A stretch of DNA of 64,000 bases. Origin: Candidatus Bathyarchaeia archaeon. Its GTDB lineage: Archaea > Thermoproteota > Bathyarchaeia > 40CM-2-53-6. Location: positions 15,151-79,150 of the forward strand of contig JBEKSC010000011.1 of assembly GCA_049517415.1 (NCBI GenBank), read 5' to 3'. Positions 35,425 through 46,036 of this stretch are shown here, one piece after another (positions within the stretch are counted from its first letter, which is position 1; every line of letters begins with the position of its first letter). Below the pieces are notes generated by a model that made no database searches, was not told the origin of the DNA, and was given only the letters and a program-made list of their open reading frames with translations. The position numbers and the translations under genes were made by a program.

Positions 35425-36681
35425 ATGTCTATGAATTTTGGAAGAATTATGGGGATTCCGATCAGGATTCACTACACGCTGTGGTTCGTTTTCATTCTTA
35501 TCGCCTGGTCGCTCGCGGTTGGATACATGCCTCATCAGTACCCAGGCCTCAGCACGGTGACTTACTGGGCCATTGGCATTGCGTCCGCAATAATTCTCTT
35601 CGTTTCCGTCCTTGTGCATGAGCTCTCTCATTCTTACATAGCGAAGAAGAATGGGCTGCCAATTGCAAGGATTACGCTCTTCTTCTTCGGCGGTGTCTCT
35701 GAGATGACTGAAGAGCCTAAAGACCCAGGCTTAGAGGTTCGTATGGCTGTCGCGGGTCCCTTGATGAGTTTCCTAATCGCGGGCGTTTTGGGTGCACTTT
35801 GGTACCTGGGAGGATCCGCTCACGCACCGGTCGCGATAATTGCTGTACTCGGCTACGCGGCGCTAATCAACGGTGCTCTCGGCGTTTTCAATTTACTTCC
35901 AGCATTCCCGTTGGATGGTGGTAGAGTATTCCGTGGAAGCATCTGGAAGCGTTCGAACAATTTTGTCGGAGCCACTAGGACCGCTATAAGAGTTAGTGAG
36001 GGCATTTCGTTGCTAATGATGTTTGGAGGGTTCGTATTCATAATACTCGGAGACTTCGTTGATGGGCTATGGGTAATAGTGCTAGGTTGGTTCATCAGAT
36101 CCGGGGCGCAAACCAGTCTCAAGCAAACGCTTGTTGGCGAAGCTCTTTTGGGGGTCTCGGTTGGCGACATCATGACTAGAGAGGTGTTGACTGTCCCGCC
36201 AGAGGTCACTGTTCAGCAGCTCGTCTCAAATTATCTCCTTGTGCACCGCCATGGAGGCTACCCTGTTGTGAAGAACGGTGAGGTTCTGGGCGTAGTCACA
36301 TTGCAGTCTGTGCGGGCTGTTCCTAAGGAAAAGAGGGATTTTGTGACTGTTCGGGAAGCGATGGTTCCATTTGAACGCACGGTAATGGTGGAGGCTTCAG
36401 TCACCGCCTTGGATGCAATGCAGAAGATGGCTCGGAACAAAGTCGGGCGTGTCTTAGTGATCGACGGGGGTCGACTGGTCGGCATAGCAACTCGTGAGGA
36501 CGTTGTCAGCACGATCCAGACGCGGCAAGAGCTCGAGCTGGGCCCTGGTCTCGGTCCCTCGGGTTTGCCCTCTTCCCAGTATCCTCGCATTCAAGCCGGG
36601 CATTGCGTCCAATGCGGTGCCCTTTTGCCCGCCGACGTCAAATTCTGTCCCCAATGCGGCGCTAAACAAAACATATCATAA
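35425..36681 (+). CDS. Site-2 (M50) metalloprotease + CBS pair + zinc ribbon
   Basis: HELSH, AGP, FNLLPAFPLDGGR, two CBS domains, CVQC...FCPQCG. Confidence 0.93.
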   Translation: MSMNFGRIMGIPIRIHYTLWFVFILIAWSLAVGYMPHQYPGLSTVTYWAIGIASAIILFVSVLVHELSHSYIAKKNGLPIARITLFFFGGVSEMTEEPKDPGLEVRMAVAGPLMSFLIAGVLGALWYLGGSAHAPVAIIAVLGYAALINGALGVFNLLPAFPLDGGRVFRGSIWKRSNNFVGATRTAIRVSEGISLLMMFGGFVFIILGDFVDGLWVIVLGWFIRSGAQTSLKQTLVGEALLGVSVGDIMTREVLTVPPEVTVQQLVSNYLLVHRHGGYPVVKNGEVLGVVTLQSVRAVPKEKRDFVTVREAMVPFERTVMVEASVTALDAMQKMARNKVGRVLVIDGGRLVGIATREDVVSTIQTRQELELGPGLGPSGLPSSQYPRIQAGHCVQCGALLPADVKFCPQCGAKQNIS

Positions 36682-37212
36682 TTGGAACCTCCGGTCGAAA
36701 TTGATACTTCTCGATTCAGCCGCTAAGGCACTACGGTCTCTGCTGTTGAATTCGCTCAAAATCGGTTGGTAGATTGCGATCTAACCTGTCTTCCAAGCCC
36801 TTCCCGGCTTACGTTAAAGTCTACCGCGTCCTGCCGCTAGCTTGACCCGCTCTACTGGCCATTTTCTTTCGTTTCTTCTGCCATTCAGGTTTCGTCAAAT
36901 CAAGACCCTTCCATCAGGTTCAGTAACACGCCGCGAACTGAAGAGTCTTTCCTGTTATCCTTTGCCTCGGAGTGCGAAGCACAGGATTTTGCTTCCGTTA
37001 TGCCATCAGGGGTAGTTCTCGCTATTCGGTGGTAAGATTTAGTTCCCTGTAATCTCAAAGATCAGCCTCAAGGCGTTATCGAGTCAAAGGCGGGAGCAAC
37101 GGTCGCCCTAATCCCAAACGTTTGTAGAAGAGTCCTGACGTAGAGGTAATGGAATCAGAAATCGCAAACGGTGTAGAGAGAGTTGACTACAGAGGGGAAC
37201 GAGACTCACACG

Positions 37213-37332
37213 ATGTATTGTTCAAATTGCGGTAAGAAGATCGAAAAACCCGTTTTACACGAGGGGTACGCGTTCTGCTCAGATCAATGCCATCAATCTT
37301 TCATACAACCGCGACGTGGCCCGAACCCCTGA
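37213..37332 (+). CDS. TRASH/YHS-like metal-binding microprotein (39 aa; not in ORF track)
   Basis: MYCSNCGKKIEKPVLHEGYAFCSDQCHQSF: CxxC...FCSxxC. Confidence 0.7.
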   Translation: MYCSNCGKKIEKPVLHEGYAFCSDQCHQSFIQPRRGPNP

Positions 37333-37762
37333 CCGCATTTGGATCGAAATGGGAAAGGTTCTTTTCGCGCGCCTGCTTCAAATCTGTGAGATCTCGATTT
37401 GACGAAAGGAGTCTCTCAGCAGTAGCTAGTGTAGGGATGGGCTTTGAAAGGAAAAGAGAGACGTAGAGTCAGAAAAATGAGAAGGACCAGTCGCAGAAAG
37501 GAAGAGAGGAGAGAAAACAAGAAAAGAACAGAACGCGGGCTACCCAATCCTATGACAAAAAGGAATTACGAAGAAGAATCGCAAATTCCTAGCTGCGTGA
37601 TATAATTGCCTCAAACTCAAGAGAATAAGACGAGAAGAAGAAAGCGATTGAAAACGAAGAGGGCTCACTACTAAAACGAAGGGTTGCTTCGAGCGCGACA
37701 CGAGAAAAGCTGCATTATTCGGTCATCCTACGGGAAACGTTCGGATATTCTGAGTGGAGCAT

Positions 37763-38155
37763 TTAGCGCCTACTGGATAGGGTTTTTGTCATTCGTCCGT
37801 AGTCGTCCTCGTATCTCTGGATGTCGTTTTCAGAGAAATCTCCAAATGAGATTTCCAGCAGTCGAACTTTCGATCTTCCCTCACAAAGCAGTCGATGTTT
37901 TGCTCCTTTTCTTACAACGATGCTCGATCCTTTCCGCAAAGAAATCCTCCTCTTTCCGATCTGGACATGTAGCCCCTCGTCGAGAGCTACCCAGAATTCT
38001 TTCCTGTGCGCGTGTGACTGTAGGCTTGTGCGCGCGCCAGGGTTAATGGTGAGCATCTTCACGGTCGAGCGTTCGTTCAAAGTGTATTGGTCGAACGATC
38101 CCCAGGGTTTGTTGACATGCCTCAACTTATTCAGCCGCGAAACAATCTGCTTCAA
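37763..38155 (-). CDS. Cupin, phosphomannose isomerase type II C-terminal-like
   Basis: KPWG, SLQSHAHRKEFW, HRL, EISFG, DIQRYEDDYGR. Confidence 0.9.
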   Translation of the reverse strand: MKQIVSRLNKLRHVNKPWGSFDQYTLNERSTVKMLTINPGARTSLQSHAHRKEFWVALDEGLHVQIGKRRISLRKGSSIVVRKGAKHRLLCEGRSKVRLLEISFGDFSENDIQRYEDDYGRMTKTLSSRR

Positions 38156-38209
38156 GGGATACTTATGGATAATGTGCTTGAGATGGTTTGGAAGTGGCCT
38201 CGATAATTG

Positions 38210-39949
38210 TTACGTCATTGCCTCGTTCAGTTTGTTTAGTCCGTTGGGAACATTGACTAGATGGAATCGGATAATTCGCCTGCCTGCTTCTACAAGAGCT
38301 TGGTTGTCTCCAATCGCCTCGGCTTGTTTCAGAAGTGAGAAAGTTATGGATGAGGCTGAGGACCCTAAGTCGTCTGGTATTCCTATATCTTCCGAGTCTC
38401 CGGCGGCTATCTGAATAAAAAGTCCGTGCCCGGCGTCGCCCTTGTGGAGTTGACCAGTTGAATGCAGGTAGCGAGGACCGTGGCCAAGAGTCGTAGCTAG
38501 CTTGTATCGGTCACGTATTTTCCTCCGTATTTCTAACAAGACCTTTTCCGTCTCGGAACTTGGTTCTAAATATGCTTGGATTGCGACATAAGCCCCTGAG
38601 GTGGCCTGGGTTAAGAACCCACGCAGGATTTCGCTTAGGAGCTTTCCGTGTATGTTACCGTAAACTAGGACGTCCCCTGAGAATAGATCTGGTTCCGTTA
38701 CGGGTAAAGATCCGCTTGAAGCGAAGTCTGAAACCAGTTTTCTCGCCAATGCTTTAGCGTATTCCACGTTCGGTTGATCGAAGGGATTTATTCCGATTAT
38801 GTAACCAGTAATCGCCACCGCCACTTCCCAAATGAAAAACTGGCTGCCCAGCTCGTAAATATCTTGCAACTGCAGGCGGACGACAGGTTGGTCTGCTTCC
38901 TCAAGCCTAGTGACCGCATTATCGTACTCCAAGTCGCCTTCTAGACGCATATACACGAAGAGCCTATCGTTACCGTAAACCTCAGGGGGACCGACGGGCT
39001 CTCCAATAACTGGGACTAAGCCTTTCCCTTCTTTGCCGGTGCTTTCAGCAATTAGTTGTTCTACCCACTCGCCGAAACTGGAAATTCTGGGAGAGGTGAT
39101 CAGCGTAACCTTGTTTCTTCCAACCTTTGCCAGTTCGCCGAGAATTGCTCCAAGCAAAGCGCCCGGATTTTCCTTTATGTTTACGGATGTTTCACAAGCG
39201 TGCATTGCGGTGATAGCCTGGTCCAGGAGTCTAACGAGGTCTATTCCCAGTAGTGCGGCTGGGACAAGTCCGAAGTATGATAGTGCCGAATAACGGCCTC
39301 CAATGTTAGGATCGTTCAGGAACTTCGTTCGGAAATGATTGTAGTCAGCTATCTGTTCGAGTGGGCTTTTGGGATCTGTTATGGCTACGAAATGATTGCC
39401 TGCGTCTTCCTTTCCTGCAAAGAGGACTTCATTGCAATAGAAGTACCTCATTAGAGAAAGCGTTTCAACTGTGCCGCCGGACTTACTTGAGACGATGTAG
39501 AGCGTTTCAGCAGGATCCAGGAGCTTTGATTGGGCTGCTATGGCGTCGGAATCGACAGTGTCGAGAACACTAAGCCTTGGGTAATCCTCTTTACAGTCAA
39601 AGGTTTTCAAGAATACTCGTGGAGCTAGGCTCGAACCTCCCATACCTAGGAGCAACGCATCTTTGTACCCAGCCTTTCTTATCTCCTCCACGAATTCGTT
39701 TAAGCGAGGGGCAAGTTCCTTCATTATTTCGGCGGTGTGTAGCCATCCTAGCCGATTACTGATCTCGGTTGGTACGGTTTTCCAGACTGTGAAATCATGA
39801 GCCCAAATGCGTTGGAGAATCTTCTTCTCAGCCATTGCAGTTAGCGAAGCGTTCACAGTGCTCTCGTACGGTCCAAGTCTTGCCGAGATCCGGCTCCATT
39901 GTCGCTTGGTAATTCGTTCACTCATTCGTCCAGAATCACCAATCAACAC
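38210..39949 (-). CDS. pgi: Glucose-6-phosphate isomerase (type found in Tal-Pgi fusions)
   Basis: GMGGSSL, SKSGGT, IGGRYS, QLIAESTGK, NPFDQPNVE, HSTGQLHKG. Confidence 0.9.
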   Translation of the reverse strand: MLIGDSGRMSERITKRQWSRISARLGPYESTVNASLTAMAEKKILQRIWAHDFTVWKTVPTEISNRLGWLHTAEIMKELAPRLNEFVEEIRKAGYKDALLLGMGGSSLAPRVFLKTFDCKEDYPRLSVLDTVDSDAIAAQSKLLDPAETLYIVSSKSGGTVETLSLMRYFYCNEVLFAGKEDAGNHFVAITDPKSPLEQIADYNHFRTKFLNDPNIGGRYSALSYFGLVPAALLGIDLVRLLDQAITAMHACETSVNIKENPGALLGAILGELAKVGRNKVTLITSPRISSFGEWVEQLIAESTGKEGKGLVPVIGEPVGPPEVYGNDRLFVYMRLEGDLEYDNAVTRLEEADQPVVRLQLQDIYELGSQFFIWEVAVAITGYIIGINPFDQPNVEYAKALARKLVSDFASSGSLPVTEPDLFSGDVLVYGNIHGKLLSEILRGFLTQATSGAYVAIQAYLEPSSETEKVLLEIRRKIRDRYKLATTLGHGPRYLHSTGQLHKGDAGHGLFIQIAAGDSEDIGIPDDLGSSASSITFSLLKQAEAIGDNQALVEAGRRIIRFHLVNVPNGLNKLNEAMT

Positions 39950-40177
39950 AGCTTTTCAACGGTATGAATCCTTAAGAGAATACTATCAATAAAAAGAGGA
40001 CGCAGACCACTGAACAAAAGAACCCATTTCTACCGGAAAACATTCGAGAAATTAGCGATCGGACTACCCCTCTGAGTCCCGACGGTTGGCAGTCAAGCGA
40101 AAAACCCGCAGACGTAGGAGGTGGAAGAGGATTTATGTAAGAGGCCTTACCTTGGGTAACAAGTCTGATGATCTGAT

Positions 40178-41836
40178 ATGTCCACACAAGGTATACCGGT
40201 TATGATTCTGAGAGAAGGTTCTCAACGTACAACTGGAAAGGATGCGCAGCGAAACAACATACTCGCCGCTAAAGTGATCACTGAAACCATCAAGACCACG
40301 CTTGGCCCCCAAGGGATGGACAAGATGTTGGTATCTGGAATGGGTGATGTAGTCATAACAAACGACGGAGCCACCATAATGAAGGAACTGGATGTTCAAC
40401 ATCCTGCCGCCAAGATGCTTGTTGAGGTAGCGAAGAGCCAGGACAGCGAGGTTGGGGATGGTACGACAACCGTCGTCGTTCTCGCTGGCGAACTCTTGAC
40501 GAAGGCGGAGAAGCTTCTAGACCAGGAAGTCCACCCAACCGTCATCGTTGAAGGTTACAAGAAGGCTTCAGAGAAAGCTTTGGAGATCCTCCAAGGCCTT
40601 GCAATTGACATACAACCTGACGACGAAAAGATGCTCAACCTCATTGCAATGACCTCGATGGGCACAAAGGCAACTGTAGGAACGAGTGAGTACCTCGGAA
40701 CACTGGCCACGAAAGCCATCCGTCAGGTCATGGAAGAGAGAGAGGGCAAGATTACCGCTGACATAGACCGAATCAAAGTCTTGAAGAAAAAGGGCGAGAG
40801 CATGGAGCAAAGCGAACTCGTCAAAGGCATCGTCGTCGACAAAGAGGTCGCACACCCTCAAATGCCAAAACAAGTGACAAACGCTAAAATCGCCTTGCTC
40901 AACGCGAAACTCGAGATTGAAAAGACCGAGTTCGATGCTAAGATTAACATCAATTCTCCAGACCAGATGAAAGGCTTCCTCGACGAAGAAGAATCAATGC
41001 TCCGCGAAATGACGGAAAAGGTAGCGAAGAGCGGTGCCAACGTGATCTTCTGTGAGAAGGGCATTGACGACATGGCACTACACTTCCTCGCCAAGAAGAA
41101 CATAATGGCGGTTAAGAACCTCAGCAGCGGCGACATGGAGAAACTCGCCAAAGCCACCGGCGGAACCATACAAGCCAGCACAAAAGACATACCCTCCGAA
41201 GGGCTCGGTGAAGCAAAACTCGTCGAAGAGCTGAAGATTGGAGACGACAAACTCATCTACGTTCGCGACTGCAAAGACCCCCACTCGGTCACCGTGATGA
41301 TCAGGGGCGGTTCCGACCATGTCGTAGACGAAGCCGAACGCTCCTTCCACGACGCCCTCTGCGTAGTCAGAAACGCCGTCGAAGACGGCAAGATTGTTGC
41401 CGGCGGAGGGGCCCCCGAAGCTGAAACGGCCAAGCAACTTCGCGACTACGCTCTAAAAGTGGGAGGCCGCGAACAACTCGCCATCGAAGCCTACGCCGAA
41501 GCACTGGAAGCCATCCCCCTCACGATAGCTGAAAACAGCGGACTTGACCCAATCGACATAATGGTCGAACTTAGATCGAAACACGCGAATCCAGAAAACA
41601 AATGGTTTGGCGTCCAAGTCAAGACCGGCAAGATCGCTGATATGCTCGCGGATAAGATTGTCGAACCACTCAGGGTAAAGCAGCAAGCCGTTAAATCCGC
41701 CACAGAAGCCGCCTGCATGCTCTTGCGAATAGATGACATTCTCTCATCAAAAGGCGCGAAGGAAGGCGGTCCACCAGGAGGCCCCGGCGGAATGCCGGGA
41801 GGCATGCCAGGCGGAATGCCCCCAGGCATGATGTAA
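40178..41836 (+). CDS. ths: Thermosome (group II chaperonin) subunit
   Basis: [36 protein letters not shown]-rich tail. Confidence 0.97.
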   Translation: MSTQGIPVMILREGSQRTTGKDAQRNNILAAKVITETIKTTLGPQGMDKMLVSGMGDVVITNDGATIMKELDVQHPAAKMLVEVAKSQDSEVGDGTTTVVVLAGELLTKAEKLLDQEVHPTVIVEGYKKASEKALEILQGLAIDIQPDDEKMLNLIAMTSMGTKATVGTSEYLGTLATKAIRQVMEEREGKITADIDRIKVLKKKGESMEQSELVKGIVVDKEVAHPQMPKQVTNAKIALLNAKLEIEKTEFDAKININSPDQMKGFLDEEESMLREMTEKVAKSGANVIFCEKGIDDMALHFLAKKNIMAVKNLSSGDMEKLAKATGGTIQASTKDIPSEGLGEAKLVEELKIGDDKLIYVRDCKDPHSVTVMIRGGSDHVVDEAERSFHDALCVVRNAVEDGKIVAGGGAPEAETAKQLRDYALKVGGREQLAIEAYAEALEAIPLTIAENSGLDPIDIMVELRSKHANPENKWFGVQVKTGKIADMLADKIVEPLRVKQQAVKSATEAACMLLRIDDILSSKGAKEGGPPGGPGGMPGGMPGGMPPGMM

Positions 41837-42019
41837 CCACCTTATCCTGATAGGCCGAAGACCGCGAAAACGCAACCGATACCCGATGGCATCGCCAGAA
41901 CGGCCTCTCTCTTTCTGTAGAGAGGTCATTCTCAGTATTGTGAGTTTACGTTCTCGTAAGGAGACTCTTTGTGTGTCCGCACTGCAGCGGCATTCGGTTA
42001 TGGGGTGGGCTAAATCTTG

Positions 42020-42418
42020 CTACTCTGTGGTTCGCCCGTCGAAGTGCTCTTCACCCGCCATTGCTTCGGCTTTCGTATGGCGGACCACACCATCCTTGTG
42101 TTCAGGTGGGGAGTAAATCGTGTAGAGTCTAAGCGTCGCTCGCTTAGAGGTGTTGATTACATTATGCCTAGCGCCAGCGGGGACGATGATTCCATCCCCG
42201 TCCTTAACACGGTGTTCTACGCCGTCAATGACTACTTTTCCTTCTCCGCGTTCAAATCGAAAGAATTGATCTCTATCCTCGTGTGTTTCTGCACCAATCT
42301 CTTCTAATGGTTTAAGGCTCATGAGTACGAGTTGACTGTGCTTCCCAGTATACAACACACGCCGAAAATCCGCATTCTTCCTTGTCTCTTTCTCAATTTG
42401 GATGACGTATCCTTTCAT
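42020..42418 (-). CDS. Cupin domain protein
   Basis: FRRVLYTG, EIGAETH...DQFF, VPAGARHN, LYTIYSPPEH. Confidence 0.9.
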   Translation of the reverse strand: MKGYVIQIEKETRKNADFRRVLYTGKHSQLVLMSLKPLEEIGAETHEDRDQFFRFERGEGKVVIDGVEHRVKDGDGIIVPAGARHNVINTSKRATLRLYTIYSPPEHKDGVVRHTKAEAMAGEEHFDGRTTE

Positions 42419-42496
42419 TTTCCCTCACACTAATTCACCAACACTTCGTCTTCAATTTATCGTATGCGATGCATTCTTGGAAGAATCTAGAACTAT

Positions 42497-42567
42497 GTCA
42501 AGAAACCCAAAAGAAAGTCTCCATGAAACCAGGATGATTCAGCCGCAGATGGGGCAGATGTTGGTCG
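42497..42567. repeat. Dispersed repeat, copy 4
   Basis: GTCAAGAAACCCAAAAGAAAGTCTCCATGAAACCAGGATGATTCAGCCGCAGATGGGGCAGATG. Confidence 0.85.
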
Positions 42568-43200
42568 TAACAGAGGGTAATAAGGTAACGTCAAGTCGGT
42601 AATGTAACATTGACGGTTGGTAGTTTCTCCTGTAACAAACTAGTTGGTGGCTAGGTACCGTTACCACAGGAAAGAAATAGTAGAGCGGGCGACGCGCCCT
42701 TTCGTTACGAGTCACCTACTCAACTTAGGCTAGAAAGCTAAGTTAGGTAGAATCTGCCGCAGCATGAAGGGGTAGCTGGGATACCCAATCCATCCGGCAC
42801 CAGCATGGAGTAGGAAAACGAATTCCACTAGATTTATCGTTGTTATTTTCACCTCACTTGTCGCTGTATCGCGGAAAATTCAGTTAAGCCTTAGTCTCAT
42901 GCTTTCCGTAGGATATTGTGACTCGCGGTGCCGAATTGTCTTACGAGCGAGTCGCATGTCATCATGCGGATACTTGTGCATGCTTTTATCTAATGGACGA
43001 CTTGGCGTTCTCAATCGCCCAGATTAGCCCCCGAAATCAACCGATTTTATCCATCACCTTTTTTCCGTGCACTAACGGTTGCACACCATGCAGCTTAGGT
43101 GACGGTTTTATCGAACCTATAGAAACTATGGTAGGTGACGAAGAGGTAACGTTATCGTCAAGTCCTCGGTTGAAAAGCATATTTCGAGCCGGCGAATCCA

Positions 43201-45465
43201 TTGCACGCAATCATCATCGTTACTGGCATTGTCCAAGGCGTAGGGTTCAGGCCATTCATCTATAGGATCGCCAAGCGCCAAGAACTCCGAGGATTCGTTC
43301 GGAACCGCGCTGATGCCGTCGTCGAAATCAGCGTGGAAGGCGAAAAGTCTCGAATCGACGCGTTCCTGCACTCACTGAGGGAGGAAAAGCCGCCCCTTGC
43401 ACGATTAGATAGCGTACAGGTCGAATACCCTGAAACCGAATTGGGTCTAGCCGACTTCACCATTGAAAAAAGCAGCCAAGAGCGAACCAAGAGCGGTTCG
43501 GTCATCCCGCCCGATATCGCAATCTGCGACGACTGCCTCAAAGAGCTGAGGTCCCCCGGAGATAGGAGGCATCGATACTTTTTCATCACCTGCACAAACT
43601 GCGGCCCCAGATACACAACGATTGTCGGGGTTCCCTATGACCGACCCAACACAACCCTGAACCAGTTCCCAATGTGCCCCAAGTGCCGAGTCGAATACAC
43701 AAATCCCGGAGACCGAAGGTTCCATGCCCAGACCATAGCATGCCCAATCTGTGGGCCTAAAGTCACCTTGCTCAACAACTCTGGGAACCCAATGGATGTC
43801 GTCGAGCCAATCAGAGAAGCCGGAAGATTACTCTCAGAGGGCAAAACTTTGGCCCTCAAGGGAAATGGTGGATTCCACCTTGCGGCTTCGACACTTCAAG
43901 ACGACCCCATTGAAAGGTTGAGGCGAAGTAAAGAGAGAAGAAGCAAACCTTTCGCGATAATGGCACGTAGCCTTGACTCTATTCTAGCGTTCGCTGAGGT
44001 CCGTTCTTGCGAACGTGAATTACTCGAATCCTACGTTCGACCCATAGTTCTGCTGCGCCGCAAAGAGCCTTTCCCGCTTTCCTCTCTCATCTCGCCGGGA
44101 CTGGATACCGTAGGAGTGATGTTGCCCTACACGGGGATGCATTACCTGATTTTCGATTCGACAAGCGACCCAGCGCTCATAATGACGAGTGCCAACGCAC
44201 CTAACGAACCAATAATCACTGACAACAGGAAAGCGATTCAGAGACTCGGCACCGTAGTAGACTACTTTCTAGTTCATGATCGAGAGATTGCGCAACGGGC
44301 AGATGACTCAGTAATCCGATTCATAGGCGATGAACCTACCCCTATTCGACGGTCACGAGGATACGCACCCGTCCCGATAGTTCTGTCAAATCCATCTAAG
44401 ATGAGAGCTCTTGCGTTCGGCGCAGAGCTGAACGTTACTGCGTGCATGACTCTTGACAACAAGGCATACTTGACTCAGCACATTGGAGACACAGAAACGG
44501 TCGAGACAGCGAAATTCCTGGAAGCCGCAGTGGCACATTTGGGTCGGCTTATCGGATTCGAACCAGAAACCATAGCCTGTGATCTTCACCCGAAGTTCAC
44601 GACCACCAAGATTGCCGAGCGTATGTCGAAAGAACACAATGTCCCATTGCGAAGAATCCAGCACCACCATGCTCACGCGGGTTCACTTATGGCGGAACAT
44701 TCCTTGGACGCAATAGTTGGCATCGTTTGCGACGGCTTCGGATTAGGCTACAAGAACGAAGCTTGGGGAGGAGAGATCTTCGTCTGCCACGCCTCCCAAG
44801 TCAGGAGAGCCGCACATTTAGAAGAGCAACCGATGGTTGGCGCAGATCTAGCGACTCGATATCCCGCGAGAATGGCGGCAGGCATTCTCAGAGATGAACC
44901 CACTATTCAGGCTTGGCTGAAGGCTAATGCATCGCACTTGCCTCACGGTGAATCTGAGATCCCTATTGTCATGCGCCAGCTTGACAGAAAGGATTTCATC
45001 TGGACTTCAAGCTGTGGGCGAGTTCTGGATTCGATAGCCGCGATTTTGGGCATTAGTTACGAAAGAACGTACGAGGGAGAACCTGCCATGAAACTGGAAG
45101 CTTACTCAAGAGGAGGCGCGGATAGACTGAACATCAAACCCGAGATCGATGGCGAAGTTATCAAAACCACAAACATGGTTCACAACATATACGATCAGAA
45201 AACGAAAATCGCTCTTCCGGATCTGGCATTCTCTGCGCATGCATACCTGGGTCGAGCTTTGGCAAATGCTGCCATCACGATAGCGGAGGAAGAAGGTATC
45301 AAGGTAGTGGGCTTTTCTGGCGGTGTGGCTTTGAACGAGATTATCTCGCTCACGATTCGGAAGCTTGTTTCCGACGCGGGATTTCGCTATGTTAGTAATG
45401 TGGCGGTTCCCCCTGGAGATGGTGGAGTATCTTTCGGTCAGGCTTACCTAGCCTCACTCCAGTAA
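43201..45465 (+). CDS. hypF: Carbamoyltransferase HypF
   Basis: GIVQGVGFRP acylphosphatase, two CxxC-x18-CxxC fingers, QHHHAH, DGFG, GDGG. Confidence 0.97.
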   Translation: MHAIIIVTGIVQGVGFRPFIYRIAKRQELRGFVRNRADAVVEISVEGEKSRIDAFLHSLREEKPPLARLDSVQVEYPETELGLADFTIEKSSQERTKSGSVIPPDIAICDDCLKELRSPGDRRHRYFFITCTNCGPRYTTIVGVPYDRPNTTLNQFPMCPKCRVEYTNPGDRRFHAQTIACPICGPKVTLLNNSGNPMDVVEPIREAGRLLSEGKTLALKGNGGFHLAASTLQDDPIERLRRSKERRSKPFAIMARSLDSILAFAEVRSCERELLESYVRPIVLLRRKEPFPLSSLISPGLDTVGVMLPYTGMHYLIFDSTSDPALIMTSANAPNEPIITDNRKAIQRLGTVVDYFLVHDREIAQRADDSVIRFIGDEPTPIRRSRGYAPVPIVLSNPSKMRALAFGAELNVTACMTLDNKAYLTQHIGDTETVETAKFLEAAVAHLGRLIGFEPETIACDLHPKFTTTKIAERMSKEHNVPLRRIQHHHAHAGSLMAEHSLDAIVGIVCDGFGLGYKNEAWGGEIFVCHASQVRRAAHLEEQPMVGADLATRYPARMAAGILRDEPTIQAWLKANASHLPHGESEIPIVMRQLDRKDFIWTSSCGRVLDSIAAILGISYERTYEGEPAMKLEAYSRGGADRLNIKPEIDGEVIKTTNMVHNIYDQKTKIALPDLAFSAHAYLGRALANAAITIAEEEGIKVVGFSGGVALNEIISLTIRKLVSDAGFRYVSNVAVPPGDGGVSFGQAYLASLQ

Positions 45466-45475
45466 CCGAACCAAT

Positions 45476-45688
45476 CTAACGCCAATGAGCCAACGTTCGC
45501 TTGGCTTCTTCAATATCCATGACTTTCAGTACGTAGCCTGCGTGTACCAGAACGTAATCTCCGACCTTTGCGTCGGTTAGTGCGATGTTTGCCGTGACTA
45601 TTGTTCCACCGCCTAGATCGACTTTCGCGATTTCGCCTTGTATTTGGACTATTCTGCCGACCTGTGCGAGGTCGTATGGGTCGCTCAT
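45476..45688 (-). CDS. HypC/HybG/HupF family paralog lacking the N-terminal Cys
   Basis: AKVGDYVLVHAGY motif; N-terminus MSDPYD. Confidence 0.8.
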   Translation of the reverse strand: MSDPYDLAQVGRIVQIQGEIAKVDLGGGTIVTANIALTDAKVGDYVLVHAGYVLKVMDIEEAKRTLAHWR

Positions 45689-45769
45689 GCTGAAGGCTGA
45701 CCTGGCAGCATTGGTAATTGTTGTATAAACTAATAAGTAGATGAGGTCGACAATCGACTGACAAAGACA

Positions 45770-46036
45770 ATGTGCTTAGCCTATCCAGGAAAAGTTGTCG
45801 AGCTAGACGGTGATTTTGCTAGGGTGGATTTTGGCGAAGGCACAATCAGGGAAGGGGTCAACGTCTCGCTTGTCCAAGCCAAGACGGGCGACTACGTACT
45901 AGTTCACGCGGGATACGCGATCCAAATCGTCGATGAAGCTGATGCCCGCCAGACGCTGAAATATTGGCAACAAATTCTCGCAGTTGTCCCGGAGGATCGC
46001 GTAGCCTACGAGGGTCAATTGAAAGGTGGGCTCTGA
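45770..46036 (+). CDS. hypC: Hydrogenase maturation chaperone HypC
   Basis: MCLAYP N-terminus; GDYVLVHAGYAI. Confidence 0.95.
   Translation: MCLAYPGKVVELDGDFARVDFGEGTIREGVNVSLVQAKTGDYVLVHAGYAIQIVDEADARQTLKYWQQILAVVPEDRVAYEGQLKGGL

Noticed and set aside
41767..41833. GGMP repeats at the end of the thermosome
   Set aside because: Normal chaperonin tail
41848..41875. Hammerhead ribozyme core (CTGATAG...GAAA)
   Set aside because: Deviates from CUGANGA and lacks consistent stems I-III
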